DNA of 57,697 nt. Source: Pseudomonadota bacterium. GTDB taxonomy: Bacteria > Bdellovibrionota > FAC87 > UBA2466. Shown here piece by piece: positions 20,464-30,687 of this stretch (position 1 is the stretch's first letter; the number at the start of each line of letters is the position of its first letter). The notes under the pieces were generated by a model. That model saw only the letters and a program-made list of their open reading frames with translations. It was not told where the DNA came from and searched no databases. The stretch is from the NCBI GenBank assembly GCA_043767805.1, contig JAYUGC010000134.1, forward strand, positions 1 through 57,697, written 5' to 3'. The translations under genes were made by a program, and so were the position numbers.

Positions 20464-21323
20464 GCGCGCCGCCAAAAGCAAATCCAGCGCGGCCTTTGGT
20501 GAGCGTTCTCATCGCGGCCTACAACGAGCGCCGCCATATCGAGGAATGCTTGAGCTCCCTCAGAGTTCAAGACTACGAGCCGCTGGAAATTCTCGTGGCC
20601 GATGATGGCTCCACCGACGACACGGTCACTCTGGCGGAAAGCGCCGGCGCGCGTACCCTTCGCCTGCCCCACCGGGGAAAAGCGCTGACTCTGAACGACG
20701 CCGCTCATAAGGCTCGGGGAGACATTCTCGTTTTCTTGGACGCCGACATGGTCTTCGAACCGAATTACATTTCCGAGCTCACTCGCCCGATCCTCCTGGG
20801 ACAAGCCAGCGGAACCGCGCACGGTACCGAAAAGGTCGCGAATGAGACGAATGCCTGGGCGAAATGCTGGCAAACGCTAGCGCATCTCCCGGCGAACGAT
20901 CGTCTCGCTCTCTCGGCGGAAGCCCTGAAATTGGGAAGCCTCGTCTTTCGGGCTCTGACCAAAGCGGACTTTCTCGCCGCGGGCGGCTTCGACGACATCG
21001 GTTTTGCCGACGATCAAACGCTCTCTCCCAAGCTTGGCAAACGCGCGCAATGGGTGAAGACGGCGCGAGCCCGCCACTACAACCCCGAGACCCTTTCCGA
21101 AGTTTGGTCGGGCGGCCGATGGTCGGGAAAAACGATTCTCCATAAATTCGGCGCGAAAGCAGTCTGGCGGTATAGCCCGCCCGTCGCTTTCGCGCGGGCA
21201 TTGCAATTAGCTTTGAAGCACACGAATCCATGGCTCGTTCCTTATATTCTTACCCGCGATACGGCGAGTTTCGTGACGTTGCTTTTCGCCGCCCTGGGAA
21301 GGAGATCCCATGCAGGAAAGTAA
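20460..21323 (+). CDS. GT2 glycosyltransferase
   Basis: VSVLIAAYNE, VADDGSTDDT and FLDAD. ATGA overlap with wzx. Confidence 0.9.
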   Translation: MSAPPKANPARPLVSVLIAAYNERRHIEECLSSLRVQDYEPLEILVADDGSTDDTVTLAESAGARTLRLPHRGKALTLNDAAHKARGDILVFLDADMVFEPNYISELTRPILLGQASGTAHGTEKVANETNAWAKCWQTLAHLPANDRLALSAEALKLGSLVFRALTKADFLAAGGFDDIGFADDQTLSPKLGKRAQWVKTARARHYNPETLSEVWSGGRWSGKTILHKFGAKAVWRYSPPVAFARALQLALKHTNPWLVPYILTRDTASFVTLLFAALGRRSHAGK

Positions 21324-22242
21324 GCCACCGCTCATCTCCATCGTTTGTCTGAGCTTCGGTCGTCCCCAATTGCTGCGAGAAGCGCTGCCTTCTCTCTCCA
21401 AACAGACGTATCCCAATACCGAGCTCTGGGTAATCGACAATCGCAGCGCTCACTCCGAAGAGATCATGGGCATCGTCAATGACGATCCCAAAGCAAAGCT
21501 CCTCTCCATCTTCCGTAACCGCGGCTACACCGGCGGCATGAACACAGGCCTCGACAACGCGACGGGTGAGTACATTTTTCTCACCGAGGACGACGTGGTC
21601 GCCGCTCCGGATTGCGTCGAGAAGCTGCACGCTTACCTGCAAGCCAATCCCGAAACGGGGCTCGCGACCGGCCTCATGCTGAACAAAGGCTCGGGCACAA
21701 TCCGCGCGGCCGGCGGCGTTTTTCGCCTGCAGAGCCACTGGGACAAGCACATCGTCTCGCCCGACGCCCCCGATAACGGGGCACTGAAAGCGCCCTACTT
21801 CGTCAATTACATACCGGGGGCGATGATCTTCACGAAGACTTCTTTTCTGAAAGAGCTGCGTGGCTTCCGCAGGGATTTTTTCGTCTACTGCGAAGACGAC
21901 GAGCTCTGCCTGCGGGTTTCTCGCTCGGGAAGACCGATCGTGGTAGTGCCCGAAGCGCGCATCTCTCATTTCGAGCCGCCGGTATCCGAGGACAAACCTG
22001 TCATCACCTTTCACAAGCAGAAGAACTTTCTCGCGCTCTACGTCCTCCATGCGCCCTGGCCGGTTTTATGGCGGGCCCTGCTCCGCTACGGGATCGGCAC
22101 GTTGCGCGTGGTGTGGCTAGCGGGCGGAGACTGGTGGGTTTACCTGCAGGCCCGCTTCTGGTTGCTCAGAAATTTCCCCCGTCTTCTTCTCGATAGATGG
22201 CAAATCCACTCGGACTGCCGGCCCAAGGAGCCCACGGCGTGA
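21310..22242 (+). CDS. GT2 glycosyltransferase (rhamnosyltransferase-like)
   Basis: VIDNRS, NRGYTGGMN, TEDD and FFVYCEDDELCLR. Confidence 0.88.
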   Translation: MQESKPPLISIVCLSFGRPQLLREALPSLSKQTYPNTELWVIDNRSAHSEEIMGIVNDDPKAKLLSIFRNRGYTGGMNTGLDNATGEYIFLTEDDVVAAPDCVEKLHAYLQANPETGLATGLMLNKGSGTIRAAGGVFRLQSHWDKHIVSPDAPDNGALKAPYFVNYIPGAMIFTKTSFLKELRGFRRDFFVYCEDDELCLRVSRSGRPIVVVPEARISHFEPPVSEDKPVITFHKQKNFLALYVLHAPWPVLWRALLRYGIGTLRVVWLAGGDWWVYLQARFWLLRNFPRLLLDRWQIHSDCRPKEPTA

Positions 22243-23306
22243 GCGAGGTCCTGCACATTTCTCCCGCAGGCTTCGGGCGCCACGGGGTAGTGGGCGGAGC
22301 CGAACGATACGCGCTCGAGCTTGCCCGCCATATGGCCGAGGAAGTCTCGACGACCCTCCTTTGTTTCGGCGGCAAGCGCCGGAGGGAAAAGATCGGAAAA
22401 CTGCGCGTGGAACATTTTCCGGCGCAATGGCTCGTCAAAGGCGAAGCGCAGAATCCTTTTTCCCTGCACATCCTTCCGCTCCTGCTCAGGCCTCGGGTCG
22501 TGCATTGCCATCAGAAACACATTCTGACGACGTCTATCGTCGCGGGAGCTCGTAAGCTCATGTTTCGCCCGGTCTTCGTGACCGATCTGGGCGGCGGGGG
22601 CTGGGACATCTCCGCTTACGTCAGTACCGAGCGCTGGTTTACCGGCGAGCTTCACATCTCCCAGTACTCGCTCTCCTTGAACCCTAAGCCGCATCCGAAT
22701 AGCTCCGTGATCTTGGGCGGCGTCGATACGGAAACTTTCAAGCCGGCGCCGGGGGCTCGCAAGAACAAAATCGTGTTCGTGGGCCGCATCCTTCCTCACA
22801 AAGGAGTGGATTTCCTAATCGAGTCCCTGCCTGAAGGGCTCGAGCTCGAAGTCATCGGCCAGCCTTACGATCACACTTATTTGGCGACCCTGAAAGATAT
22901 CGCAAAACACAAACAAGTCCGTTTCACCCATGGCGCCACAGACGAGTATCTCGTCCAAGCTTACCGGGAATCTCTCGCCGTCATTCTGCCTAGCCTGTAC
23001 GAAGATCGCTTCGGCAATAAGACGAAAGTCCCCGAGCTTCTCGGACAAACTCTTTTGGAAGGCATGGCCTGCGGGACGCCGGGCATCGCCACGCGGGTGG
23101 CGAGCTTGCCCGAAGTCGTCGATCACGAAGTGAGCGGCTTTCTCGTCGACCCCAAATCCAGGGACGACCTCAGAGCCCGCCTGCAATGGCTTCTCGCCAA
23201 TCCGGATGGCGTGAAAACGCTCGGGCGCGCGGCGCGAGAGCGTGTCCTCTCTCTCTTTACCTGGCCTCAGGTGGTCAGCCGCTGCCTCACGGCTTACGGC
23301 TTCTAA
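22239..23306 (+). CDS. GT4 glycosyltransferase
   Basis: GGAERY, FVGRILPHKG and ELLGQTLLEGMACGTP. GTGA overlap. Confidence 0.9.
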   Translation: MSEVLHISPAGFGRHGVVGGAERYALELARHMAEEVSTTLLCFGGKRRREKIGKLRVEHFPAQWLVKGEAQNPFSLHILPLLLRPRVVHCHQKHILTTSIVAGARKLMFRPVFVTDLGGGGWDISAYVSTERWFTGELHISQYSLSLNPKPHPNSSVILGGVDTETFKPAPGARKNKIVFVGRILPHKGVDFLIESLPEGLELEVIGQPYDHTYLATLKDIAKHKQVRFTHGATDEYLVQAYRESLAVILPSLYEDRFGNKTKVPELLGQTLLEGMACGTPGIATRVASLPEVVDHEVSGFLVDPKSRDDLRARLQWLLANPDGVKTLGRAARERVLSLFTWPQVVSRCLTAYGF

Positions 23307-24325
23307 GGGATCCGCAAGCCGAGCCCGCCGTACACTTCCGCGAACTGACGAGCGGCGCGTTCCCACGTAAACCGTTCGCGCTTGGGAAAGACCACCGCCT
23401 CTGGCTTAGCCGCCGTGATTTTATCGACGATAGCGCGCCGATCAGTCTCACTTCCACCGGCATCGAACGCACTGAAGTCCAGGACTTCGGCTCCCGTGTC
23501 GCCCGCGAAATGCTCGGCGGCCGGCACGCCTTCCGAAACCCACGCGCGCGTTCCCACGAGTCTCGCTTCGATGACTGGCATGCCGAATCCTTCATAGCGC
23601 GAGGGAAAGACGAACGCGCTCGCCCTGGCATACGCTTTGGCCAAATCCGGGAGACCTACGTCGCCTCGTTGCTCGATCCTGGACGCGACTCCTAGGTTCT
23701 CGATGAGCTTTCGCTCCTCGACTCCCCAGTTACCGCCGATCTGCGTGAGCCGCCAGTCGGGAGGAAGCGCCGCGATCAGGCGAATCAACCGATCCGGCCC
23801 TTTTCTGAGAACGAGAGTACCGACGTGCAAAAGCGTTTTGGCGGCTCTCGCCCCGCCCTGATGGGCGAAGGTCTCGAGATCGAACCCGGGCGGAATCACC
23901 GCATGCACATCGAGTCCCAGGACTTCACGCACGGACTTCGCCGTGGCTTCACTGACGACCACTCTTCTGTCCGCCCGCCCGAGACCGGAGAGAATGCGAG
24001 CGCGAATGGGCGCGTTCCACCAGGTCCGGCACCGCCAAAAATCGATGTCGTGAATCAAAACGACCGAGCGACTGGATTTTTTGAGACCGAGCAAACCATT
24101 GCCGTAAGACTGATCCATCAGCTGGACCAAATCGGCTCTAGGCATTTGCAAGGGATACGCGAAACGCCGATCCCACCATGTCGGGGGGCGGCCGAGGGAT
24201 GGCGCGAAGCGCTCGGCTTTTTTAAAGCCGATGGCCTTCAACGCGGCGTAGAGCTGTTCGGTCCAAAGGCGGCTCGAGTTCCAGCCATCTTCGAGATACC
24301 CCATGGCGACGACGAGCGATTGCAT
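23303..24325 (-). CDS. GT4 glycosyltransferase
   Basis: HVGTLVLRKG and FPSRYEGFGMPVIEA. Confidence 0.88.
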   Translation of the reverse strand: MQSLVVAMGYLEDGWNSSRLWTEQLYAALKAIGFKKAERFAPSLGRPPTWWDRRFAYPLQMPRADLVQLMDQSYGNGLLGLKKSSRSVVLIHDIDFWRCRTWWNAPIRARILSGLGRADRRVVVSEATAKSVREVLGLDVHAVIPPGFDLETFAHQGGARAAKTLLHVGTLVLRKGPDRLIRLIAALPPDWRLTQIGGNWGVEERKLIENLGVASRIEQRGDVGLPDLAKAYARASAFVFPSRYEGFGMPVIEARLVGTRAWVSEGVPAAEHFAGDTGAEVLDFSAFDAGGSETDRRAIVDKITAAKPEAVVFPKRERFTWERAARQFAEVYGGLGLRIP

Positions 24326-24356
24326 CGCGCTCTAGTGTATCACGCAGAACGGACCG

Positions 24357-24449
24357 GGAAAGAATGAGCATGAGATCGAGAATAAGAATGAGTTTTCGGA
24401 AGAAAGATCTTCCCTCATTCTCATTCTCGATCTCATGCTCATTCTTTCC
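24357..24449. repeat. Palindromic hexamer repeat element, copy 2
   Basis: 36-bp inverted repeat with one mismatch: GGAAAGAATGAGCATGAGATCGAGAATAAGAATGAG (24357-24392 / 24414-24449). Confidence 0.88.
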
Positions 24450-24457
24450 TTGGCGGG

Positions 24458-25696
24458 TTAAGCGCCGAGCAGGCGCTTTTGCGCCGGACGGGCGGGCGCC
24501 AAGCGACGGTAGTGCTCGAGAAAAGAATCAACGTAACGCTGCACGGAGAACCGGGAAACAATCCCGGCACGAGCTTGCTCTCCCATCTTTTTTCGCGTCC
24601 AGTCGTCGGTAATCAAACGCTCCATGGACACCGCCAGGGCGGCGGGATCCCGGGACGGCACCGAAACGGCCTCTTCGGGACGAGTCAAAATTTCCGTCGC
24701 GCCGCCTAGAGCCGTCGCGATGACCGCTCTTCCGCAGCTCATCGCCTCGACGATAGCCCGGCCGAAAGGCTCGGGCTCGGTACTCGCATGCACCACCACG
24801 TCGAGCCCCCGGTACACGCGGGCGACGTCGGTTTGAAAGGGAACGAAAACCACCTGCGCTTCGAGCCCGAGCCGGCGAACTTCGGCTTTGAGCTCTTCCT
24901 CGGACCATTGCGAGGCTTTCGTCCGGTAGATGGGGCCACCGACGATATAAAAGCGGGCTTTGGGCCCGAGCCGATCGGCGACCCGCCGCGCGGCCTCCAA
25001 AAAGACGAGATGCCCTTTCCAGCGCGCGTAGGTCGCCACGAGTCCGACGCGAACGCCGTCCGCCGGCGCCGCTTTCGCGATACCGTCGAGCCAAGCGCCT
25101 TCATGGGGACCCGGACGAAAATAATTCAGGTCGACGCCGTTGTGGACGAACTCCACGGCGACGTTTTTCAAAAGCGCGGAAGCGTCATCCGCCACCGCCT
25201 GGGAATTGGCGACAGCGAGAGAAACGCGACGGCTCGCGAGCGGGAGCAAAAGCCGGGAAAGCCCGCGCGCGCCTAAATAATCGTGAAGATGCCAAAGCAG
25301 TTTCGCGTTGGGAACGCCGGCGACGGCGCCCAAGAGATGCGCTTTCGCGCCGTTGGTATGAACGACGTCGGGACGAAGATCCGACAAAGTCTGACGGAGC
25401 AGCGTGGCAAAACGAAGCGCCGGCGCTGACGCGCGGCCTCCAGACCAAAGAGCCCGCATCCGATCGCCCAGGGCTCCCGAAGCCGCTTCGCCCCAACCCG
25501 AGACTTCACGGGGGAGCGGAAGCACCGTCACTCCGGCACCGCCGCGGCGCAGCCGGTCCGCCAGGGGACCCTCCGCCAGCAAAACCACATGGCTTTCCCA
25601 CGTCGCGTCGCGAGAAGGCAACCCGAGGGCGAGATCTTCCAAGCAGCGCTCCGCGCCGCCCAGACCTGCCTCCGTGCTTAAGAAAACGACTTTCAT
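24458..25696 (-). CDS. GT4 glycosyltransferase
   Basis: MKVVFLS..GLGGAE, WKGH and HASTEPEPFGRAIVEAMSCG. Confidence 0.9.
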   Translation of the reverse strand: MKVVFLSTEAGLGGAERCLEDLALGLPSRDATWESHVVLLAEGPLADRLRRGGAGVTVLPLPREVSGWGEAASGALGDRMRALWSGGRASAPALRFATLLRQTLSDLRPDVVHTNGAKAHLLGAVAGVPNAKLLWHLHDYLGARGLSRLLLPLASRRVSLAVANSQAVADDASALLKNVAVEFVHNGVDLNYFRPGPHEGAWLDGIAKAAPADGVRVGLVATYARWKGHLVFLEAARRVADRLGPKARFYIVGGPIYRTKASQWSEEELKAEVRRLGLEAQVVFVPFQTDVARVYRGLDVVVHASTEPEPFGRAIVEAMSCGRAVIATALGGATEILTRPEEAVSVPSRDPAALAVSMERLITDDWTRKKMGEQARAGIVSRFSVQRYVDSFLEHYRRLAPARPAQKRLLGA

Positions 25697-25848
25697 GAGA
25701 ATGCGGGGAGAGACACCCCCCGGCACCCCTTCTTCGGCGGAAACCGTCCAGACCTTTAGCCGCAATTGGGGGCAACGCGCAGTTAAACCGCGGGATTCGT
25801 TCAACTTTGAGAGCAAATCGGTCGATAAGTTATTTGGTAATCTAAGAG

Positions 25849-27372
25849 ATGACTTCGTTTACTAAAATAATTTCGCGGATCCGAGAAAGCGCAACTCGGT
25901 TACACGCATACCGCTGGACACTGCTTCCGCCGCTCACGGCGATGTTTAGCATTTATCTTTTGCTCCAATCGGACAAAGCCGCGCTCATGCTCACCGGGGT
26001 TCTCGGAATCGCTGGCGCGACGAGCGTCTTGAAGATCCGTCCCGACAAGCTCGTTCGTTTTTATTTCCTGTACTTGATGTTCGAAGGCGGCTTCAAGCTC
26101 CTCACGAATTACAATCCGCTCATTCACGTCGGAAGTGACGTGATTCTCATCGTGATTTTCCTCCGCCTCGTGCCGCGTTTTTCGCGCAATAGCAATTTGG
26201 ATCTGACGCCCGCGATGCGTAAGCGCCTGGATCGAGTGGCGACTTTCCTGCTTCTCTTCTGGCTTTGGGTCGGCGTGCAATTTTTCAATCCGTGGGGACT
26301 GGGCTTCTTGCCGTCCGTCGCGGGACTCAAAGTACATGTCATCCCCATGCTCATGCTGTTCGTGGTCGGCTACTTGCTGACGGACGACGAGCTGCTCGCG
26401 ATTCCGCCACTTCTTCTGGGCATGGGCATTTTCCAAGGCGCCATCGCGCTCACCGACTGGTACCTGGGACCTAACGTGCTGCCGATGATTCACCCGCGTT
26501 ACCAAGAAACGCTGATTCAGTTTCTGCAAGGATTCCCGTATCGTCCGTTCGGCACCACGAACTTGCCCGGCGCGCCAAGCCTGTGGATGTACCACACCTT
26601 GACCGCGGCGCTCATCATGTTCCATCTCGCCTCGAGCGGCGAACGCCCCGCGCTGAGCCCCAAACTTTACTCGCGCCTTTTCCTGTTGTTCCTGCCGCTC
26701 GCTCTCGGGACGCTGGTCGTGTGTCAGGTGCGCGCGGGCGTCATCCGTTTCCTCGCCATGATCTTCATGGGCACGTCGGCCTTGGGGAAAAAGTACGTCG
26801 GCTATGCGATGATAGCTCTGCTCGCCATTCCGCTAGCGACCTCGATGACGCCGAAAGCGCGCTTTGAGGAGCTCGTTTCGAGCGGCGACAAAAGTCAGTC
26901 CATGCGCCTCAAGCAGGCGCTCGCCCGCCTCAGCACCTTGGGAGAATCGAAGGCCTGGACTCAGGCGCGCGGAGGCAACTGGGCCTTCAATGAGTTCAAG
27001 GATCGCGCGAGCTTTTCTCTCGTCGGTAACGGCCTTTCCCGTTTCGGTGCCGCCGCCGGGCCTTGGAAAGCGCTCATCGATCGCGACCGGCTTTTCCCGG
27101 CCAAATGGACCTTCTCGGACAACGTGTTCCTCGCGCTCTTCACGGAGCTCGGCGTCGGCGGCGTTTCGGCCTATTTGATTTTGGTCTTCGCCGTCATCTG
27201 GCACCTTTTGACGGTCGGCTCTAAGGTAGCATACCTGGCGGCCTTCGCCTGCCTCATCACGGTGCTCTCGGGCTTCGGCTCCGAAGGCATTCTCTTTCAG
27301 CCGGACGCGTCGTTCTTTTGGTTTTACGCGGCGTTTGGCCTTAGGTTTCCGGACGGGAGGGTGGCGGCATGA
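25849..27372 (+). CDS. Wzy polymerase / O-antigen-ligase-like membrane protein
   Basis: Multi-TM protein with RPFGT loop, G.GL..FG and DNVFLALFTELGVGG (Wzy_C-like); directly upstream of the chain-length regulator. Confidence 0.75.
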   Translation: MTSFTKIISRIRESATRLHAYRWTLLPPLTAMFSIYLLLQSDKAALMLTGVLGIAGATSVLKIRPDKLVRFYFLYLMFEGGFKLLTNYNPLIHVGSDVILIVIFLRLVPRFSRNSNLDLTPAMRKRLDRVATFLLLFWLWVGVQFFNPWGLGFLPSVAGLKVHVIPMLMLFVVGYLLTDDELLAIPPLLLGMGIFQGAIALTDWYLGPNVLPMIHPRYQETLIQFLQGFPYRPFGTTNLPGAPSLWMYHTLTAALIMFHLASSGERPALSPKLYSRLFLLFLPLALGTLVVCQVRAGVIRFLAMIFMGTSALGKKYVGYAMIALLAIPLATSMTPKARFEELVSSGDKSQSMRLKQALARLSTLGESKAWTQARGGNWAFNEFKDRASFSLVGNGLSRFGAAAGPWKALIDRDRLFPAKWTFSDNVFLALFTELGVGGVSAYLILVFAVIWHLLTVGSKVAYLAAFACLITVLSGFGSEGILFQPDASFFWFYAAFGLRFPDGRVAA

Positions 27373-29441
27373 TCTCCCACTCTCCGCTTAGACACATCCA
27401 TCTTTTCCGGTTCCGGCTACGCTTTATCGTCATCACCGCGCTGATTTCTTCCTTCGGCTCTGCGGTGGTGGGCCTGCTTGCGCCCTACCACTATACGTCG
27501 ACCGCGACCATTCAGGTGGAAACCAAGCAAAAGCAATCGCAAATGAGTTTTGGCGATGAGGGCGTCGAGTTTCATAAAGCGGCGCTACTCATCGAGTCTC
27601 CGCAAATCCTGACCAAGGTGGCCGAGAAACTGGTCTCCAAGCCGCTCGACACTCGTTACTATTTCCCGCGTGCCATTTCCGCCTTCGATTTTCCGGCGCG
27701 TGTTTCGCTCCTTCTGCGCCACATGGGTTATCAGCCTCCGGCGACCTCGCAATCGGGACATAGTTATTTCACGGCGGAAGTCGTCACCAGCCTTCTCGCT
27801 CAGCACGTACAAGTGACGCCCGATTACCGCATTCATACCATCGCCATTTCCTACGAAGCGGGAAGCCCGGATGTCGCGCGCACGATTTGCTCGCTCATCG
27901 TCGATGCTTTTGTCGAGCTCTCCAACGCCATGGAAAAAGACGAGCTCCGCCGCCAGGAGAAATACCTGCTGGACTCCATCGACCGGCAGCTGGCCAGCAT
28001 CCGTCATTTAGAACAGAGCATGCAGGCCATAGTGGAAGAGCATCCGAGCATGACTTCCGCTCAGCGCGAGCAGGGCCGCGGCGCGACGCTCGCGGCGCAG
28101 AGACTTCTCGACAAGAAGGAGCGCCTGGCGAAGATCGAGCAGGAACTGGGATCTAATGGAAGAGTGCTCGCCGCTATTGAACACGATCTGACTTCGGCCA
28201 ACACGCTCAAAGCGGACATCACCTCGGACGTGAGCTCAAAGCTCATCGAGGAAATCTCTACCTTAGAGTTCCGCCGGCTCCAGTCGATTAAGGTGACTGG
28301 TTACCCCGAGAACCACCCCTCCGTAGTGAGCATCACGCGTCGCATTAACGACTTGAAGCGCGCGCTCGGCAATCTGGACCGCGGCCGCGTGCCGGCCTCG
28401 CGCTCCGGTTCCGGCAATCAGACCCTGGACATCAAGAACCTCTACGCTCAAGCGGGCGATCTCCGGGCGAAGTCCCGGGTGCTAGTCGCCGAACGAGACC
28501 TCCTCTTAAAGGAGATGGCCGGAGAAGGAGCTCTCTTCAAGGAGGCGGTGAAGATCAATTTTCGCTTCGATTCCCTGGTGCGTGAGCTGACTTCCGATTC
28601 GGCCGTCACCAACGAGCTTTATCGCGAGCTCCAGAGAATCCGTATCACTCTGGCGGGCGCGACCCCGACCTCCGCCGTCCTCTCTCCGGCGAACTTCAAC
28701 CCGCACGCCGTGAACCTGAGCGTGCGGCGCCGCACCATCTTCGGCTTATTCGTCGGCATCGCCTTCGCGATGTCACTCCTAATTCTTTACGAGATTGTGC
28801 GGCCGACCCTGCTCCAAGCGGACGATTTAGAGTACATTAAGCTATCGCACATGGGCACATTCACTAACTCTCCTCGCTCCCTCTCTCAGCTCGGTTATTG
28901 CATCCGCTCGCTCGAGCCCCCAGAAGGCAAAAAAGAAGGCGGGCCACAAGTCATCAGCTTCCTTCCCTTCGCTTCTAGCCTAGACGTTTCCGAGTTCGTG
29001 GCGGGCATGGCCGGCGCCCTTTCGGATAAAGGCGCGAAGGTGGGCGCGGTTCTCATTCTCGATCCGGACGCGCCCACAACCGCTGAACAGGAGAGCCTCT
29101 GGGCCGACGCGAGCATTGGGGTACAGCCCCTGTCCCGGGATGAAGTGCCGTTCTTCCTCGTTCCGACGGTGGAAGATCTCAAGAAAAAATGGGACTTCAT
29201 TCTCATCGTCGAGGCCAAGCAAGGGACCGTGCCCATCGAGACGTACCTTGCCCGTTGCTCGGATCATTTCATTTACGTCACTCAAGTGGGGGATACCGAT
29301 CTCACTTCCGTCGATCGCGTGCGCCATCTACCGCAACTTCCCTCGACCGTACGGCATCACTCCATCATCGTGCACGTACCGATCGGCGCCAATAACTCCG
29401 TTCTGCAAGGATGGAAACGACGAGGAGACCGGGCCGCATGA
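27369..29441 (+). CDS. Wzc/GumC-type polysaccharide co-polymerase with a degenerate kinase domain
   Basis: N-terminal TM plus PYHYTSTATI, coiled coil with YPENHPSV motif, a second TM, then a P-loop-like domain without GK[ST]. Confidence 0.8.
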   Translation: MISHSPLRHIHLFRFRLRFIVITALISSFGSAVVGLLAPYHYTSTATIQVETKQKQSQMSFGDEGVEFHKAALLIESPQILTKVAEKLVSKPLDTRYYFPRAISAFDFPARVSLLLRHMGYQPPATSQSGHSYFTAEVVTSLLAQHVQVTPDYRIHTIAISYEAGSPDVARTICSLIVDAFVELSNAMEKDELRRQEKYLLDSIDRQLASIRHLEQSMQAIVEEHPSMTSAQREQGRGATLAAQRLLDKKERLAKIEQELGSNGRVLAAIEHDLTSANTLKADITSDVSSKLIEEISTLEFRRLQSIKVTGYPENHPSVVSITRRINDLKRALGNLDRGRVPASRSGSGNQTLDIKNLYAQAGDLRAKSRVLVAERDLLLKEMAGEGALFKEAVKINFRFDSLVRELTSDSAVTNELYRELQRIRITLAGATPTSAVLSPANFNPHAVNLSVRRRTIFGLFVGIAFAMSLLILYEIVRPTLLQADDLEYIKLSHMGTFTNSPRSLSQLGYCIRSLEPPEGKKEGGPQVISFLPFASSLDVSEFVAGMAGALSDKGAKVGAVLILDPDAPTTAEQESLWADASIGVQPLSRDEVPFFLVPTVEDLKKKWDFILIVEAKQGTVPIETYLARCSDHFIYVTQVGDTDLTSVDRVRHLPQLPSTVRHHSIIVHVPIGANNSVLQGWKRRGDRAA

Positions 29442-30589
29442 TGCTCCGGATTTTACATCTCACCAAGTACATGCCGGAGTTTCCCGGCGGCATCGAACGG
29501 GCGACTCACACCATGGCTTTGGCCGGCAAGGCCTGCGGGGCGAAAGTGAAAATCATCGGGGCCACGCCTCGGCCCGAAGAGCGCATCGTCACCGGAGAAA
29601 CGGTGGATTCCCTGGCGCTTCCCATCGTGGCGAAGCTAGGTAGCGTTCCCGTCGTACCCGGCTTTTTTCATTTGAAGCCGTATTTGGATGAAGCGGACAT
29701 CGTCCATATTCACTTACCAAACCCCACGGCGGAGCTCGCGCTGCTTTGGTACTTGAGGAACCGTCCAGCCAACGGCCCGCGCATCATTCCCGTGGTCCAC
29801 GCCCCCATGGTTCGCTGGCGTCGTTTCGCCATGCTTTGGGAACGGTGGGTTCACTTCAATCTCCTTCGTAAAAGCGATGCGGTCATTTTCCCGAGCCCGC
29901 AGCTCGCCGAATTTTTAGAAGGCTATCGCCACGCCATTGCTCCTAAGCCCGTGCACATTTTGCCGTTTGGCATTCCGGCTCCAGGCAACCACGGTCAGGA
30001 CACGGCGCGACCGCGCTCGAACGGTCCCATCCGGCTTTTGGCCATCGGACGCCTGGTTCCCTACAAGGGATTCGACGTCCTTCTCGAGGCGGTTTCGCAA
30101 ATCAAGCTCGACTGGGCTTTGACCATCGCGGGCCAAGGGCCGGAGCATGAGTCCTTGAAGAATCAGATCGATCGCCTAGGCATGACCTCCCGGGTGCAGC
30201 TCATCGAGCGCATTCCGGAAGCGGATAAGCACGCGCTTCTCTCGCGCGCCGATATTTTAGTGATGCCTTCGCAGACCGTCGCGGAAAGTTTCGGACTCGT
30301 AATGGGAGAAGCCTTCGCCCACGGAAAACCGGTGGTCACGACGAATCTGCAGACGGGCGTCGCGTTTCTCGCTCGCAACGGGGAGTGCGGCGCGGTGGTT
30401 CCGGTGCGCTCTCCCGGTCGTCTCGCCGACGCCATCGAAGCGCTCATCCTCGACGAAAAACGGCGCAAAACCGCGGGGCAAGCCAACTACGCCTTCTGGC
30501 AACGCGAGCTCGCGCCCGAGACGTTCCACCGCCGCTACGCCGAGATCGTGGCCGCGATGCTAGCTCGGCGCTTGGCGAAGGCCTCGTAA
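29438..30589 (+). CDS. GT4 glycosyltransferase
   Basis: KYMPEFPGGIE, IGRLVPYKG and ESFGLVMGEAFAHGKP. Confidence 0.9.
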   Translation: MMLRILHLTKYMPEFPGGIERATHTMALAGKACGAKVKIIGATPRPEERIVTGETVDSLALPIVAKLGSVPVVPGFFHLKPYLDEADIVHIHLPNPTAELALLWYLRNRPANGPRIIPVVHAPMVRWRRFAMLWERWVHFNLLRKSDAVIFPSPQLAEFLEGYRHAIAPKPVHILPFGIPAPGNHGQDTARPRSNGPIRLLAIGRLVPYKGFDVLLEAVSQIKLDWALTIAGQGPEHESLKNQIDRLGMTSRVQLIERIPEADKHALLSRADILVMPSQTVAESFGLVMGEAFAHGKPVVTTNLQTGVAFLARNGECGAVVPVRSPGRLADAIEALILDEKRRKTAGQANYAFWQRELAPETFHRRYAEIVAAMLARRLAKAS

Positions 30590-30600
30590 GAAGAAGAAAA

Positions 30601-30687
30601 AGCATGAGATCGAGAATGAGAATTAGTTGGGAATTTTTCTCCGAAAACTCATTCTGATTCTCGATCTCATTCTCATTCTCTCATTCT
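30601..30687. repeat. Palindromic hexamer repeat element, copy 3 (opposite orientation to copy 2)
   Basis: AGCATGAGATCGAGAATGAGAAT...ATTCTGATTCTCGATCTCATTCTCATTCTC. Its loop reverse-complements to GAGTTTTCGGAGAAA, as in copy 2. Confidence 0.85.

Noticed and set aside
12023..30687. CRISPR array interpretation of the repeats
   Set aside because: The copies are dispersed inverted repeats without regular spacers, and no cas genes are present.
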